From NCBI RefSeq assembly GCF_003334305.1, contig NZ_QOWS01000009.1: 64,000 bases of DNA; one strand, 5' to 3'. A program made the position numbers and the translations under genes. Source of the DNA: Escherichia coli (lineage in GTDB: Bacteria > Pseudomonadota > Gammaproteobacteria > Enterobacterales > Enterobacteriaceae). The notes under the pieces are model-generated. The model saw only the letters and a program-made list of their open reading frames with translations, did not search any database and was not told the origin of the DNA. The stretch's first letter is position 1. Every line of letters begins with the position of its first letter. Below, piece by piece: positions 15,183-29,389 of this stretch.

Positions 15183-16433
15183 ATGATGGCGGGAACCGTT
15201 TTGTATCAGGACCCCGCCATGAAACAGATAACCTTTGCTCCCCGTAATCACCTGCTCACCAATACCAATACCTGGACGCCCGACAGCCAGTGGCTGGTAT
15301 TTGACGTGCGTCCTTCTGGCGCGTCGTTTACCGGCGAGAGCATTGAGCGTGTGAATATCCATACCGGCGAGGTCGAGGTTATCTATCGCGCGTCACAGGG
15401 CGCACACGTCGGCGTGGTGACCGTTCATCCGAAGTCAGCGAAATATGTTTTCATCCATGGCCCGGAAAATCCTGATGAAACATGGCATTACGACTTCCAT
15501 CATCGGCGCGGAGTCATTGTTGAAGGCGGCAAGATGAGTAACCTTGATGCGATGGATATTACCGCGCCGTATACGCCTGGAGCGCTGCGCGGCGGCAGCC
15601 ATGTGCATGTCTTTAGCCCGAACGGTGAAAGGGTGAGCTTTACCTATAACGACCATGTAATGCATGAACTCGATCCGGCGCTGGATTTGCGAAACGTCGG
15701 GGTTGCTGCGCCGTTTGGCCCGGTCAACGTACAAAAGCAGCATCCGCGTGAATACAGCGGTAGCCACTGGTGCGTGCTGGTGAGCAAAACCACGCCCACG
15801 CCGCAGCCTGGCAGCGATGAAATCAATCGTGCTTATGAAGAAGGATGGGTAGGAAATCACGCGCTGGCATTTATTGGCGACACACTTTCGCCAAAGGGCG
15901 AGAAAGTGCCGGAGCTGTTTATCGTTGAGTTACCGCAAGATGAAGCTGGCTGGAAAGCGGCAGGTGATGCGCCGTTAAGTGGAACGGAAACCACCCTGCC
16001 CGCGCCACCGCGCGGCGTCGTGCAGCGACGTTTAACCTTTACCCACCATCGGGCTTATCCGGGGTTAGTCAACGTCCCGCGCCACTGGGTGCGCTGTAAT
16101 CCGCAGGGTACGCAAATCGCGTTTTTAATGCGTGATGATAACGGCATTGTGCAACTGTGGCTTATCTCGCCACAGGGCGGCGAGCCGCGCCAGTTAACCC
16201 ATAACAAAACGGATATTCAGTCTGCATTTAACTGGCATCCGTCAGGAGAATGGTTGGGCTTTGTGCTGGATAATCGAATTGCTTGTGCCCATGCGCAAAG
16301 TGGCGAGGTTGAGTATTTAACCGAAAACCACGCCAATCCGCCTTCTGCGGATGCCGTGGTCTTCTCACCGGATGGTCAATGGCTGGCGTGGATGGAAGGT
16401 GGCCAGCTGTGGATCACCGAAACTGATCGCTAA
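15183..16433 (+). CDS. yidR: Uncharacterised protein YidR
   Basis: 416-codon track ORF; start may be the second Met at 15186. Confidence 0.8.
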   Translation: MMAGTVLYQDPAMKQITFAPRNHLLTNTNTWTPDSQWLVFDVRPSGASFTGESIERVNIHTGEVEVIYRASQGAHVGVVTVHPKSAKYVFIHGPENPDETWHYDFHHRRGVIVEGGKMSNLDAMDITAPYTPGALRGGSHVHVFSPNGERVSFTYNDHVMHELDPALDLRNVGVAAPFGPVNVQKQHPREYSGSHWCVLVSKTTPTPQPGSDEINRAYEEGWVGNHALAFIGDTLSPKGEKVPELFIVELPQDEAGWKAAGDAPLSGTETTLPAPPRGVVQRRLTFTHHRAYPGLVNVPRHWVRCNPQGTQIAFLMRDDNGIVQLWLISPQGGEPRQLTHNKTDIQSAFNWHPSGEWLGFVLDNRIACAHAQSGEVEYLTENHANPPSADAVVFSPDGQWLAWMEGGQLWITETDR

Positions 16434-16434
16434 A

Positions 16435-16767
16435 TCAGTTATCAGGCATTCTGGCCGGTGGAATAACCGCATTGGTGGCTTGCGCGTTGGCTTCGCTTTT
16501 TTCAACGCGCGAGCGCACCGAGCTGTCTTTGCGGAACACATCCCACGGCAGTAAAAGCGTGTCCATCACAGCGGTAAACGGCATATCGAGAATCGCCAGC
16601 GACTTAGTGCCCCAGTTGGTTTCATCGTCGCCAATCATGGTGGCGCTGGCGCGGGTGCCGGGATACGTTCCTTCTTTCCCCCCGGTATGGGACATCACGC
16701 TGGAGCATCCTCCGAGTAATGTCATTCCGCTGCATATCATGAACGCTAACAACACATTTCTTATCAT
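16435..16767 (-). CDS. yidQ: Putative lipoprotein YidQ
   Basis: Track ORF 16435..16842; start at MIRNVLLAFMICSGMTLLGGC (lipobox), 110 aa. Confidence 0.8.
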   Translation of the reverse strand: MIRNVLLAFMICSGMTLLGGCSSVMSHTGGKEGTYPGTRASATMIGDDETNWGTKSLAILDMPFTAVMDTLLLPWDVFRKDSSVRSRVEKSEANAQATNAVIPPARMPDN

Positions 16768-16941
16768 AATAAATTCATCTGTTGATCGTGGGTGTTGGCC
16801 TGATGAGTTATAGCGATCCCTTGCTGAAAATAACATCATCATTACGTCGCTCTGTGGCGGCTATCGCACTTTAACGTTTCGTGCTGCCCCCTCAGTCTAT
16901 GCAATAGACCATAAACTGCAAAAAAAAGTCCGCTGATAAGG

Positions 16942-16970
16942 CTTGAAAAGTTCATTTCCAGACCCATTTT
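16942..16970 (+). promoter_or_regulatory. Sigma-32 heat-shock promoter of ibpAB
   Basis: cTTGAAA, 14-bp spacer, CCCATtTT matches the sigma-32 consensus TTGAAA-N13-15-CCCCATNT; about 100 nt upstream of ibpA. Confidence 0.65.
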
Positions 16971-17071
16971 TACATCGTAGCCGATGAGGACGCGCCTGAT
17001 GGGTGTTCTGGCTACCTGACCTGTCCATTGTGGAAGGTCTTACATTCTCGCTGATTTCAGGAGCTATGATT

Positions 17072-17485
17072 ATGCGTAACTTTGATTTATCCCCGCTTTA
17101 CCGTTCTGCTATTGGATTTGACCGTTTGTTTAACCACTTAGAAAACAACCAGAGCCAGAGTAATGGCGGCTACCCTCCGTATAACGTTGAACTGGTAGAC
17201 GAAAACCATTACCGCATTGCTATCGCTGTGGCTGGTTTTGCTGAGAGCGAACTGGAAATTACCGCCCAGGATAATCTGCTGGTGGTGAAAGGTGCTCACG
17301 CCGACGAACAAAAAGAGCGCACCTATCTGTACCAGGGCATCGCTGAACGCAACTTTGAACGCAAATTCCAGTTAGCTGAGAACATTCATGTTCGTGGCGC
17401 TAACCTGGTAAATGGTTTGCTGTATATCGATCTCGAACGCGTGATTCCGGAAGCGAAAAAACCGCGCCGTATCGAAATCAACTAA
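17072..17485 (+). CDS. ibpA: Small heat-shock protein IbpA
   Basis: 137 aa from [20 protein letters not shown]; alpha-crystallin domain. Confidence 0.9.
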
Positions 17486-17596
17486 TTCCCTAAGGCCGCC
17501 TGGCGCGGCCTGACATCTCCATGCTCGCCGTCAGGGAGCATATGCGAATCTTCGGATTTGCAGGTACTTACTCGCTTCTTAGAAGGAGAAATGACT

Positions 17597-18025
17597 ATGC
17601 GTAACTTCGATTTATCCCCACTGATGCGTCAATGGATCGGTTTTGACAAACTGGCCAACGCACTGCAAAACGCCGGTGAAAGTCAGAGCTTCCCGCCGTA
17701 CAACATTGAGAAAAGCGACGATAACCACTACCGCATTACCCTTGCGCTGGCAGGTTTCCGTCAGGAAGATTTAGAGATTCAACTGGAAGGTACGCGCCTG
17801 AGCGTAAAAGGCACGCCGGAGCAGCCAAAAGAAGAGAAAAAATGGCTGCATCAAGGGCTTATGAATCAGCCATTTAGCCTGAGCTTTACGCTGGCTGAAA
17901 ATATGGAAGTCTCTGGCGCAACCTTCGTAAACGGTTTACTGCATATTGATTTAATTCGTAATGAGCCTGAACCCATCGCAGCGAAGCGTATCGCTATCAG
18001 CGAACGCCCCGCGTTAAATAGCTAA
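17597..18025 (+). CDS. ibpB: Small heat-shock protein IbpB
   Basis: 142 aa from [20 protein letters not shown]; tandem paralogue of ibpA. Confidence 0.9.
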   Translation: MRNFDLSPLMRQWIGFDKLANALQNAGESQSFPPYNIEKSDDNHYRITLALAGFRQEDLEIQLEGTRLSVKGTPEQPKEEKKWLHQGLMNQPFSLSFTLAENMEVSGATFVNGLLHIDLIRNEPEPIAAKRIAISERPALNS

Positions 18026-18040
18026 CTAGCTATTCTCTTT

Positions 18041-18069
18041 GCCCCGCCATTCTGGTGGGGCTTTTTTTA
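18041..18069 (+). terminator. Rho-independent terminator of ibpAB
   Basis: Hairpin gccccgccattctggtggggc followed by tttttttat. Confidence 0.75.
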
Positions 18070-18220
18070 TCTTTCTTCTTCAACAATGCGTTAAATTTCG
18101 CCTGTTTAAGATATTTCGGCACGTTCTTTCCCGTGATAATGTGCGCTATAAGGCAAATCTGCTTCACCGATTCAGCCATAATCCGTAGCAATTAAAATGT
18201 TATCTCAAGAGAAATGGACG

Positions 18221-19882
18221 ATGAGTGATATAGCATTAACGGTCAGTATTCTGGCTTTGGTGGCAGTCGTCGGTTTGTTTATCGGCAACGTCAAATTTCG
18301 CGGCATAGGATTAGGTATTGGCGGCGTGCTGTTTGGTGGGATCATCGTCGGCCATTTTGTTTCTCAGGCGGGGATGACATTAAGTAGCGATATGCTGCAT
18401 GTTATTCAGGAATTTGGCCTGATCCTGTTCGTTTATACTATCGGGATTCAGGTAGGGCCGGGCTTCTTTGCCTCATTGCGCGTCTCCGGATTACGCCTCA
18501 ACCTGTTTGCTGTTCTGATCGTCATCATCGGTGGTCTGGTTACCGCCATCCTGCATAAACTGTTTGATATTCCACTGCCGGTAGTGCTGGGGATTTTCTC
18601 CGGTGCGGTTACCAATACGCCAGCGCTGGGGGCAGGGCAGCAGATTTTGCGCGACCTGGGTACACCAATGGAAATGGTCGATCAGATGGGGATGAGTTAC
18701 GCGATGGCGTATCCATTCGGCATTTGCGGGATTTTGTTCACCATGTGGATGTTGCGGGTTATTTTCCGCGTCAATGTCGAGACAGAAGCTCAGCAGCACG
18801 AGTCTTCACGCACCAATGGCGGCGCGCTGATCAAGACTATCAATATTCGCGTTGAGAACCCTAACCTGCATGATTTAGCCATTAAAGATGTACCGATTCT
18901 CAACGGCGACAAAATTATCTGCTCGCGTCTGAAACGCGAAGAAACCCTAAAAGTTCCTTCGCCAGATACCATTATCCAACTGGGCGATTTGCTGCATCTG
19001 GTGGGGCAGCCAGCGGATTTACATAATGCGCAACTGGTGATTGGTCAGGAGGTCGATACTTCGCTGTCCACGAAAGGCACTGATTTGCGCGTCGAGCGTG
19101 TGGTGGTCACCAATGAAAACGTGCTCGGAAAACGTATTCGCGACCTGCACTTTAAAGAACGCTATGACGTTGTTATCTCGCGCCTGAACCGTGCCGGGGT
19201 CGAACTGGTCGCCAGTGGCGATATCAGCCTGCAGTTCGGCGATATCCTCAATCTGGTGGGGCGTCCGTCCGCAATTGATGCCGTTGCCAATGTGCTGGGG
19301 AATGCGCAGCAAAAACTGCAACAGGTTCAGATGCTGCCAGTGTTTATTGGCATCGGGCTTGGCGTATTGTTAGGTTCTATTCCCGTCTTTGTGCCTGGGT
19401 TCCCGGCCGCGTTGAAACTGGGGCTGGCGGGCGGTCCGCTGATTATGGCGTTGATCCTCGGGCGTATCGGCAGTATCGGCAAGCTGTACTGGTTTATGCC
19501 GCCAAGTGCCAACCTCGCGCTGCGGGAGCTGGGGATCGTGCTGTTCCTCTCGGTCGTTGGTCTGAAATCTGGTGGGGATTTTGTGAATACCCTGGTCAAT
19601 GGCGAAGGGCTAAGCTGGATTGGTTATGGTGCCCTGATCACCGCCGTTCCGCTGATTACTGTTGGCATTCTGGCGCGGATGTTAGCCAAAATGAATTACC
19701 TGACCATGTGCGGGATGCTGGCAGGTTCCATGACCGATCCTCCGGCGCTGGCGTTTGCTAATAATCTTCATCCAACCAGTGGTGCGGCGGCGCTCTCTTA
19801 CGCCACTGTCTATCCGTTAGTGATGTTTCTGCGCATTATCACCCCCCAATTACTGGCGGTGCTCTTCTGGAGTATCGGTTAA
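18221..19882 (+). CDS. yidE: Putative transporter YidE (AAE family, two TrkA-C/RCK_C domains)
   Basis: Track ORF 18197..19882; start at [18 protein letters not shown] to give 553 aa. Confidence 0.85.
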
Positions 19883-20595
19883 CTCTTTTCCGGGTGGAGT
19901 CGCCGTAAATGGTACTCCACCTGGTATTCGCTGGCATTTCTGAACATCACTGAATAATTCAAAAACTCCCCGCTCTCGCTATATGACAACGAGGTGATCC
20001 GCAGCAGTGGCGTGTGTTCCGCTACCTTCATTTGCCGCGCCAGCAGTCTATCGGCGAGCACCGGCGTCAGGCTTTCATAATTACCGCCAATCAAAATCCC
20101 GCACTCTTGTCCAATATATTCAAACTTCGACCCTTCCAGATGTTGCAGCGAAAGATTACGGAACAGTTTAACCGGCATATAGCTGTCTTCCAGCATCAGC
20201 GGTTTCCCTTCCACAAAACGAACGCGACGGGAGAAGTAGATCTGCTCGTTGATTTGAATCCGTAACTGGCTGGCAATGGCCGGAGGCGCAGGCATGATTT
20301 CAAAAATCAGCACCTGGCTGGTGACCGTTTTTCCCTGCCGTTTTAACACCTCCACCAGTCCGGTCAGGCTGGCGGTTTGATGCAGCACATCTTTGCGCAC
20401 CAGGTAAGTGCCGCTGCCGTGGCGGCGGACCACCAGCCCCCACGCTACCAGCAGGTCAATCGCTTTACGGATGGTCATCCGGGATACTGCAAATTCTTCC
20501 GCCAACTTTTTTTCACCGGGAAGAAGGCTGTTTAGCGTGAAATCCGCGGAATTAAGTCGAATTCTTAACCGCTCCGCAATGCTTTTGTAGATCAT
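19879..20595 (-). CDS. yidP: GntR/HutC-family transcriptional regulator YidP
   Basis: Track ORF 19879..20754; start at [14 protein letters not shown] to give 238 aa; N-terminal wHTH plus UTRA domain. Confidence 0.85.
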
Positions 20596-20890
20596 CTCTA
20601 GATCTCTTTTTTGCCTGCAAGCCCGGGTAATGCGCCCACAAGTTCTGCTTAATCGATTGAAAAAACATCTTTTTTTTAAAGATGTGTTCGATGCTGTGTA
20701 CCAGTGCTCACAGATGTCTACTTTTTCGCGAAAACGTAGATCTCTACCGCCCAACGAAAAGCATGAAAGCGATCACGAATCCCATTGGGTCGTCATGTTC
20801 TGCCGATCGCATCTTCCTATCCTCGCTCCAGGCCTGCCGCATAACCAATCAGGCTTCCTACTTACAGAATTGAGAAAAGAGGATGTGGAA

Positions 20891-24211
<3,321 letters not shown>

Positions 24212-24377
24212 TTTAATATCCCTCCGGCGAATTATGCTCACAACCTGAACTTAACAGAAAACAATCCGTTCAGGGATACGACGTTTGTATTTTAAGAATC
24301 TGACTGCCTGACCCGACGCATTTTACCTCTCCCTATATTCATGCGTCCGGGACATAAACATAAATAAGGGCTATGAG

Positions 24378-26093
24378 ATGAATTCGTTACAAATCTTGAG
24401 TTTTGTCGGTTTTACGCTGCTGGTGGCGGTGATCACCTGGTGGAAGGTCCGCAAAACAGATACCGGATCGCAACAAGGCTATTTTCTTGCCGGACGTTCA
24501 CTAAAAGCGCCGGTTATTGCCGCTTCGTTAATGCTAACCAACCTTTCCACGGAACAACTGGTCGGCCTTTCCGGGCAGGCCTACAAAAGCGGCATGTCGG
24601 TGATGGGCTGGGAAGTGACTTCAGCGGTGACGCTGATCTTCCTCGCGCTAATCTTTTTACCGCGCTATCTGAAGCGCGGCATTGCCACCATCCCCGATTT
24701 TCTGGAGGAACGTTATGATAAAACGACGCGTATTATCATCGACTTCTGCTTCCTCATTGCCACCGGCGTCTGCTTTCTGCCGATTGTTCTCTACTCCGGC
24801 GCGTTGGCGCTCAACAGCCTGTTTCACGTCGGGGAATCGCTACAGATTTCTCACGGTGCGGCTATCTGGCTACTGGTAATTTTGCTTGGTCTGGCGGGAA
24901 TTTTGTATGCGGTGATCGGCGGACTGCGCGCAATGGCAGTGGCGGACTCCATCAACGGTATTGGGCTGGTTATCGGCGGGTTGATGGTGCCGGTATTTGG
25001 CCTGATCGCGATGGGCAAGGGCAGCTTTATGCAGGGCATTGAGCAACTCACCACCGTTCACGCCGAGAAATTAAACTCAATCGGTGGCCCGACCGATCCC
25101 TTGCCGATTGGCGCGGCATTTACCGGTTTGATTCTGGTGAACACCTTTTACTGGTGTACAAATCAGGGCATCGTGCAACGCACGCTGGCGTCAAAAAGCC
25201 TGGCGGAAGGGCAAAAGGGGGCGCTGTTAACGGCGGTGCTGAAAATGCTCGACCCGCTGGTACTGGTGCTGCCAGGGTTGATTGCGTTTCATCTGTATCA
25301 GGATTTACCGAAAGCCGACATGGCCTACCCGACGCTGGTCAATAACGTTCTGCCAGTGCCAATGGTGGGTTTCTTCGGCGCGGTGTTATTTGGTGCGGTG
25401 ATCAGTACCTTCAACGGCTTTCTGAATAGCGCCAGTACGTTATTCAGTATGGGTATTTACCGTCGCATCATTAACCAGAATGCCGAGCCGCAGCAACTGG
25501 TCACCGTCGGGCGCAAATTTGGTTTCTTTATCGCTATCGTTTCGGTGCTGGTCGCGCCGTGGATCGCCAACGCGCCGCAGGGGCTGTATAGCTGGATGAA
25601 ACAGCTCAACGGCATTTACAACGTGCCGCTGGTTACCATCATCATTATGGGCTTTTTCTTCCCGCGCATCCCGGCGCTGGCGGCAAAAGTGGCGATGGGG
25701 ATTGGCATAATCAGCTACATCACCATCAACTATCTGGTGAAGTTCGACTTCCATTTCCTCTATGTGCTGGCCTGTACGTTCTGCATCAACGTGGTCGTGA
25801 TGCTGGTGATCGGTTTTATCAAACCGCGCGCCACGCCGTTCACCTTCAAAGATGCGTTTGCGGTGGACATGAAACCGTGGAGAAACGTCAAGATCGCGTC
25901 AATTGGCATCCTGTTCGCGATGATTGGCGTCTATGCCGGGCTGGCTGAATTCGGCGGCTACGGTACGCGCTGGTTAGCGATGATCAGTTATTTCATTGCC
26001 GCCGTAGTGATTGTCTACCTGATTTTTGACAGCTGGCGGCATCGTCACGACCCAGCCGTAACCTTTACTCCCGACGCGAAGGATAGCCTATGA
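24378..26093 (+). CDS. yidK: Solute:sodium symporter family transporter YidK
   Basis: 571-aa multi-TM ORF, divergent from yidL. Confidence 0.9.
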   Translation: MNSLQILSFVGFTLLVAVITWWKVRKTDTGSQQGYFLAGRSLKAPVIAASLMLTNLSTEQLVGLSGQAYKSGMSVMGWEVTSAVTLIFLALIFLPRYLKRGIATIPDFLEERYDKTTRIIIDFCFLIATGVCFLPIVLYSGALALNSLFHVGESLQISHGAAIWLLVILLGLAGILYAVIGGLRAMAVADSINGIGLVIGGLMVPVFGLIAMGKGSFMQGIEQLTTVHAEKLNSIGGPTDPLPIGAAFTGLILVNTFYWCTNQGIVQRTLASKSLAEGQKGALLTAVLKMLDPLVLVLPGLIAFHLYQDLPKADMAYPTLVNNVLPVPMVGFFGAVLFGAVISTFNGFLNSASTLFSMGIYRRIINQNAEPQQLVTVGRKFGFFIAIVSVLVAPWIANAPQGLYSWMKQLNGIYNVPLVTIIIMGFFFPRIPALAAKVAMGIGIISYITINYLVKFDFHFLYVLACTFCINVVVMLVIGFIKPRATPFTFKDAFAVDMKPWRNVKIASIGILFAMIGVYAGLAEFGGYGTRWLAMISYFIAAVVIVYLIFDSWRHRHDPAVTFTPDAKDSL

Positions 26094-27583
26094 AACGCCC
26101 CAATTTTCTGTTCATCATGACCGATACCCAGGCCACCAATATGGTCGGTTGCTATAGCGGTAAACCGCTGAATACGCAAAATATTGATAGTCTGGCGGCG
26201 GAAGGTATTCGCTTTAATTCCGCCTACACCTGTTCACCGGTTTGTACGCCTGCACGCGCCGGACTATTTACCGGTATCTACGCTAACCAGTCCGGCCCGT
26301 GGACCAACAACGTCGCGCCAGGCAAAAACATCTCCACTATGGGGCGCTACTTTAAGGATGCCGGCTATCACACCTGTTACATCGGCAAATGGCATCTCGA
26401 CGGTCATGACTATTTCGGCACTGGCGAGTGTCCGCCGGAGTGGGACGCTGATTACTGGTTCGATGGGGCGAACTACCTTAGCGAACTGACGGAAAAAGAG
26501 ATCAGCCTGTGGCGCAATGGCCTAAACAGTGTTGAGGATTTACAGGCGAACCATATCGACGAAACCTTCACCTGGGCGCACCGCATCAGCAATCGGGCGG
26601 TAGATTTTCTGCAACAGCCCGCGCGCGCCGAGGAACCCTTCCTGATGGTGGTTTCGTATGATGAGCCGCATCACCCGTTCACCTGTCCGGTGGAGTATTT
26701 AGAGAAATACGCTGATTTTTACTACGATCTGGGCGAGAAAGCTCAGGATGACCTGGCGAACAAACCGGAACATCACCGCTTATGGGCGCAGGCGATGCCA
26801 TCGCCAGTCGGTGATGACGGGCTTTATCACCATCCGCTCTATTTTGCCTGTAATGACTTTGTTGATGACCAAATCGGACGGGTCATCAATGCCTTAACGC
26901 CAGAGCAACGTGAAAATACGTGGGTCATTTATACTTCCGATCACGGCGAAATGATGGGCGCACATAAGCTGATCAGTAAAGGAGCGGCGATGTATGACGA
27001 CATCACCCGTATTCCGCTGATCATCCGTTCGCCGCAAGGGGAGCGGCGACAGGTCGATACGCCAGTCAGTCATATCGATTTACTGCCGACAATGATGGCG
27101 CTGGCAGATATTGAAAAACCAGAGATTCTGCCGGGGGAAAATATCCTTGCCGTGAAAGAGCCACGCGGTGTAATGGTGGAATTTAACCGCTACGAGATTG
27201 AGCATGACAGCTTTGGCGGTTTTATTCCGGTGCGTTGCTGGGTGACGGATGACTTTAAACTGGTACTCAACCTCTTCACCAGTGATGAACTTTACGATCG
27301 CCGTAATGACCCAAATGAAATGCATAACCTGATCGATGATATCCGTTTTGCAGACGTTCGCAGCAAAATGCATGACGCCTTATTGGATTACATGGACAAA
27401 ATTCGCGATCCGTTCCGCAGTTACCAATGGAGCCTGCGTCCGTGGCGTAAAGATGCACTGCCGCGCTGGATGGGGGCATTTCGTCCACGCCCACAAGATG
27501 GCTATTCGCCGGTGGTACGTGACTATGACACCGGCCTACCGACGCAAGGAGTGAAAGTGGAAGAGAAAAAACAGAAGTTCTGA
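26090..27583 (+). CDS. yidJ: Cys-type sulfatase YidJ
   Basis: 497-aa ORF with sulfatase signature C-T-P-A-R-AGLF-TG; overlaps the yidK stop. Confidence 0.9.
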   Translation: MKRPNFLFIMTDTQATNMVGCYSGKPLNTQNIDSLAAEGIRFNSAYTCSPVCTPARAGLFTGIYANQSGPWTNNVAPGKNISTMGRYFKDAGYHTCYIGKWHLDGHDYFGTGECPPEWDADYWFDGANYLSELTEKEISLWRNGLNSVEDLQANHIDETFTWAHRISNRAVDFLQQPARAEEPFLMVVSYDEPHHPFTCPVEYLEKYADFYYDLGEKAQDDLANKPEHHRLWAQAMPSPVGDDGLYHHPLYFACNDFVDDQIGRVINALTPEQRENTWVIYTSDHGEMMGAHKLISKGAAMYDDITRIPLIIRSPQGERRQVDTPVSHIDLLPTMMALADIEKPEILPGENILAVKEPRGVMVEFNRYEIEHDSFGGFIPVRCWVTDDFKLVLNLFTSDELYDRRNDPNEMHNLIDDIRFADVRSKMHDALLDYMDKIRDPFRSYQWSLRPWRKDALPRWMGAFRPRPQDGYSPVVRDYDTGLPTQGVKVEEKKQKF

Positions 27584-27586
27584 CGA

Positions 27587-27620
27587 TAATGCCCGCTGAT
27601 GAACACCCGGCGGGCATTAT
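27587..27620. terminator. Bidirectional hairpin between yidJ and yidI
   Basis: Inverted repeat atgcccgc ... gcgggcat between convergent genes. Confidence 0.5.
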
Positions 27621-27629
27621 TCAGGCTGC

Positions 27630-28079
27630 TTAAACCAGTGAACCGCCGGTCAGGAAGGAAAAAATCAGGAATATCAGCAAAATGCTGCACACGATGCCGA
27701 TACCAAAAAGCAAGGTATGGAAAGCCAGCGTCCCGCCGCCAAAAACCAGCGCGCCGCGAATGCCCCAGCGATTTTCCTTACGCATACCGCCAATAAATGC
27801 GCAAAGTAGCGCAGCAATGGCCAGTGCGATACCGCTTTGATCGAGGATTTTATCGACATCTACGTCCTCTTTTTTCTCCACGGTGGTAATTTTTTCGCCT
27901 TTTATTCCGGCGAGAAGACCTCTTTTAATTTCAGCCGTTTTGTCCGCCACGATGCTTTCAAACGTTGGCGGTGGTGCGGAAAAAGGGCCGAATGAAAAGT
28001 GGATAATCCCCATCATTAAAGCGATGGCACCGAACAGCATGCCCAATGAACTGATTTTATTTTGAGCTATGATACCCAT
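27630..28079 (-). CDS. yidI: Inner-membrane protein YidI
   Basis: 149-aa hydrophobic ORF. Confidence 0.85.
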   Translation of the reverse strand: MGIIAQNKISSLGMLFGAIALMMGIIHFSFGPFSAPPPTFESIVADKTAEIKRGLLAGIKGEKITTVEKKEDVDVDKILDQSGIALAIAALLCAFIGGMRKENRWGIRGALVFGGGTLAFHTLLFGIGIVCSILLIFLIFSFLTGGSLV

Positions 28080-28188
28080 CTGACCTCCTTGTAGCGGATG
28101 GCGAAAGCATATCAGGAAACGGGCGGACGAAATTCTTAAAAAAAAACCGCTAAAGGTAGAGCGTTAGTGAAATTGCAAAGGAGCAACA

Positions 28189-28536
28189 ATGAAAATTTCC
28201 CGCCTTGGAGAAGCGCCCGATTACCGCTTCTCGCTGGCTAATGAGCGTACTTTTCTGGCGTGGATCCGTACCGCACTAGGATTTCTGGCGGCGGGGGTTG
28301 GGCTTGATCAACTTGCGCCAGATTTCGCCACGCCCGTCATTCGTGAACTGCTGGCGTTGTTGTTGTGTCTGTTTTCCGGCGGGTTAGCGATGTATGGCTA
28401 CCTGCGCTGGTTACGCAATGAAAAAGCGATGCGTCTGAAAGAGGACCTGCCCTACACCAACAGCTTATTAATCATTAGCTTAATATTGATGGTCGTGGCG
28501 GTGATCGTTATGGGACTGGTGTTGTATGCCGGATAG
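28189..28536 (+). CDS. yidH: Inner-membrane protein YidH (DUF202)
   Basis: 115-aa ORF with ERTFLAWIRT motif. Confidence 0.85.
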   Translation: MKISRLGEAPDYRFSLANERTFLAWIRTALGFLAAGVGLDQLAPDFATPVIRELLALLLCLFSGGLAMYGYLRWLRNEKAMRLKEDLPYTNSLLIISLILMVVAVIVMGLVLYAG

Positions 28537-28888
28537 CCGCAAAGCCAGACGCATTGCCGACCCAGGACTGCAGCCGGAGCGCACATCACTGGCGTGGTTT
28601 CGTACCATGCTGGGCTACGGCGCGTTGATGGCGTTGGCTATCAAACACAACTGGCACCAGGCGGGCATGTTATTCTGGATTTCGATTGGCATTCTCGCCA
28701 TCGTGGCGCTGATCCTCTGGCACTACACCCGTAATCGCAATTTAATGGATGTCACGAATAGCGATTTTTCCCAATTTCACGTAGTCCGTGACAAATTTTT
28801 GATCTCCCTCGCGGTGTTATCTCTCGCAATACTGTTTGCTGTAACGCATATACATCAACTTATCGTATTTATTGAGAGAGTCGCATGA
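28526..28888 (+). CDS. yidG: Inner-membrane protein YidG (DUF202 paralogue)
   Basis: 120-aa ORF with ERTSLAWFRT motif; overlaps yidH by 11 nt. Confidence 0.85.
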   Translation: MPDSRKARRIADPGLQPERTSLAWFRTMLGYGALMALAIKHNWHQAGMLFWISIGILAIVALILWHYTRNRNLMDVTNSDFSQFHVVRDKFLISLAVLSLAILFAVTHIHQLIVFIERVA

Positions 28889-29382
28889 CAGGAAGTCAGG
28901 TCATTGATGCTGAAGAGGACAGGCATAAACTGGTTGTAGAGTACAAGGATGCTCTGCAACCTGCCGATTTTTATCACAATTTCAAACAGTGGGGCATCCG
29001 CTCCGTACAGCTCATTCCCTATCTTGAATTTGATGACCGGGGCGATCTGACGGCCGCTTCGGTGACAGCAGAGCTGTGGGGGAAATTTTTAATTGCCCTG
29101 TTCGAGTGTTGGGTGCGGGCAGATATCAGTCGTATCTCGATTGAGCTTTTTGACGCCACCTTACAAAAATGGTGTGGCAGCGAAAACCCGCAACCGCGCC
29201 GTGACTGCCAGGCGTGCGACTGGCATCGCCTGTGCCCGCACGCTCGCCAGGAGACGCCAGACAGCGTGCTTTGTGCGGGCTATCAGGCGTTTTATTCTTA
29301 CTCCGCACCGCATATGCGGGTGATGCGTGATCTGATAAAGCAGCATCGTTCTCCCATGGAGCTGATGACGATGCTGCGGTGA
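28885..29382 (+). CDS. yidF: YidF, SPASM-domain fragment resembling the C-terminal half of an anaerobic sulfatase-maturating enzyme
   Basis: 165-aa ORF with C-terminal cysteine cluster WCGSENPQPRRDCQACDWHRLCPH; no CxxxCxxC radical-SAM motif. Confidence 0.8.
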   Translation: MTGSQVIDAEEDRHKLVVEYKDALQPADFYHNFKQWGIRSVQLIPYLEFDDRGDLTAASVTAELWGKFLIALFECWVRADISRISIELFDATLQKWCGSENPQPRRDCQACDWHRLCPHARQETPDSVLCAGYQAFYSYSAPHMRVMRDLIKQHRSPMELMTMLR

Positions 29383-29389
29383 CGTGCGC

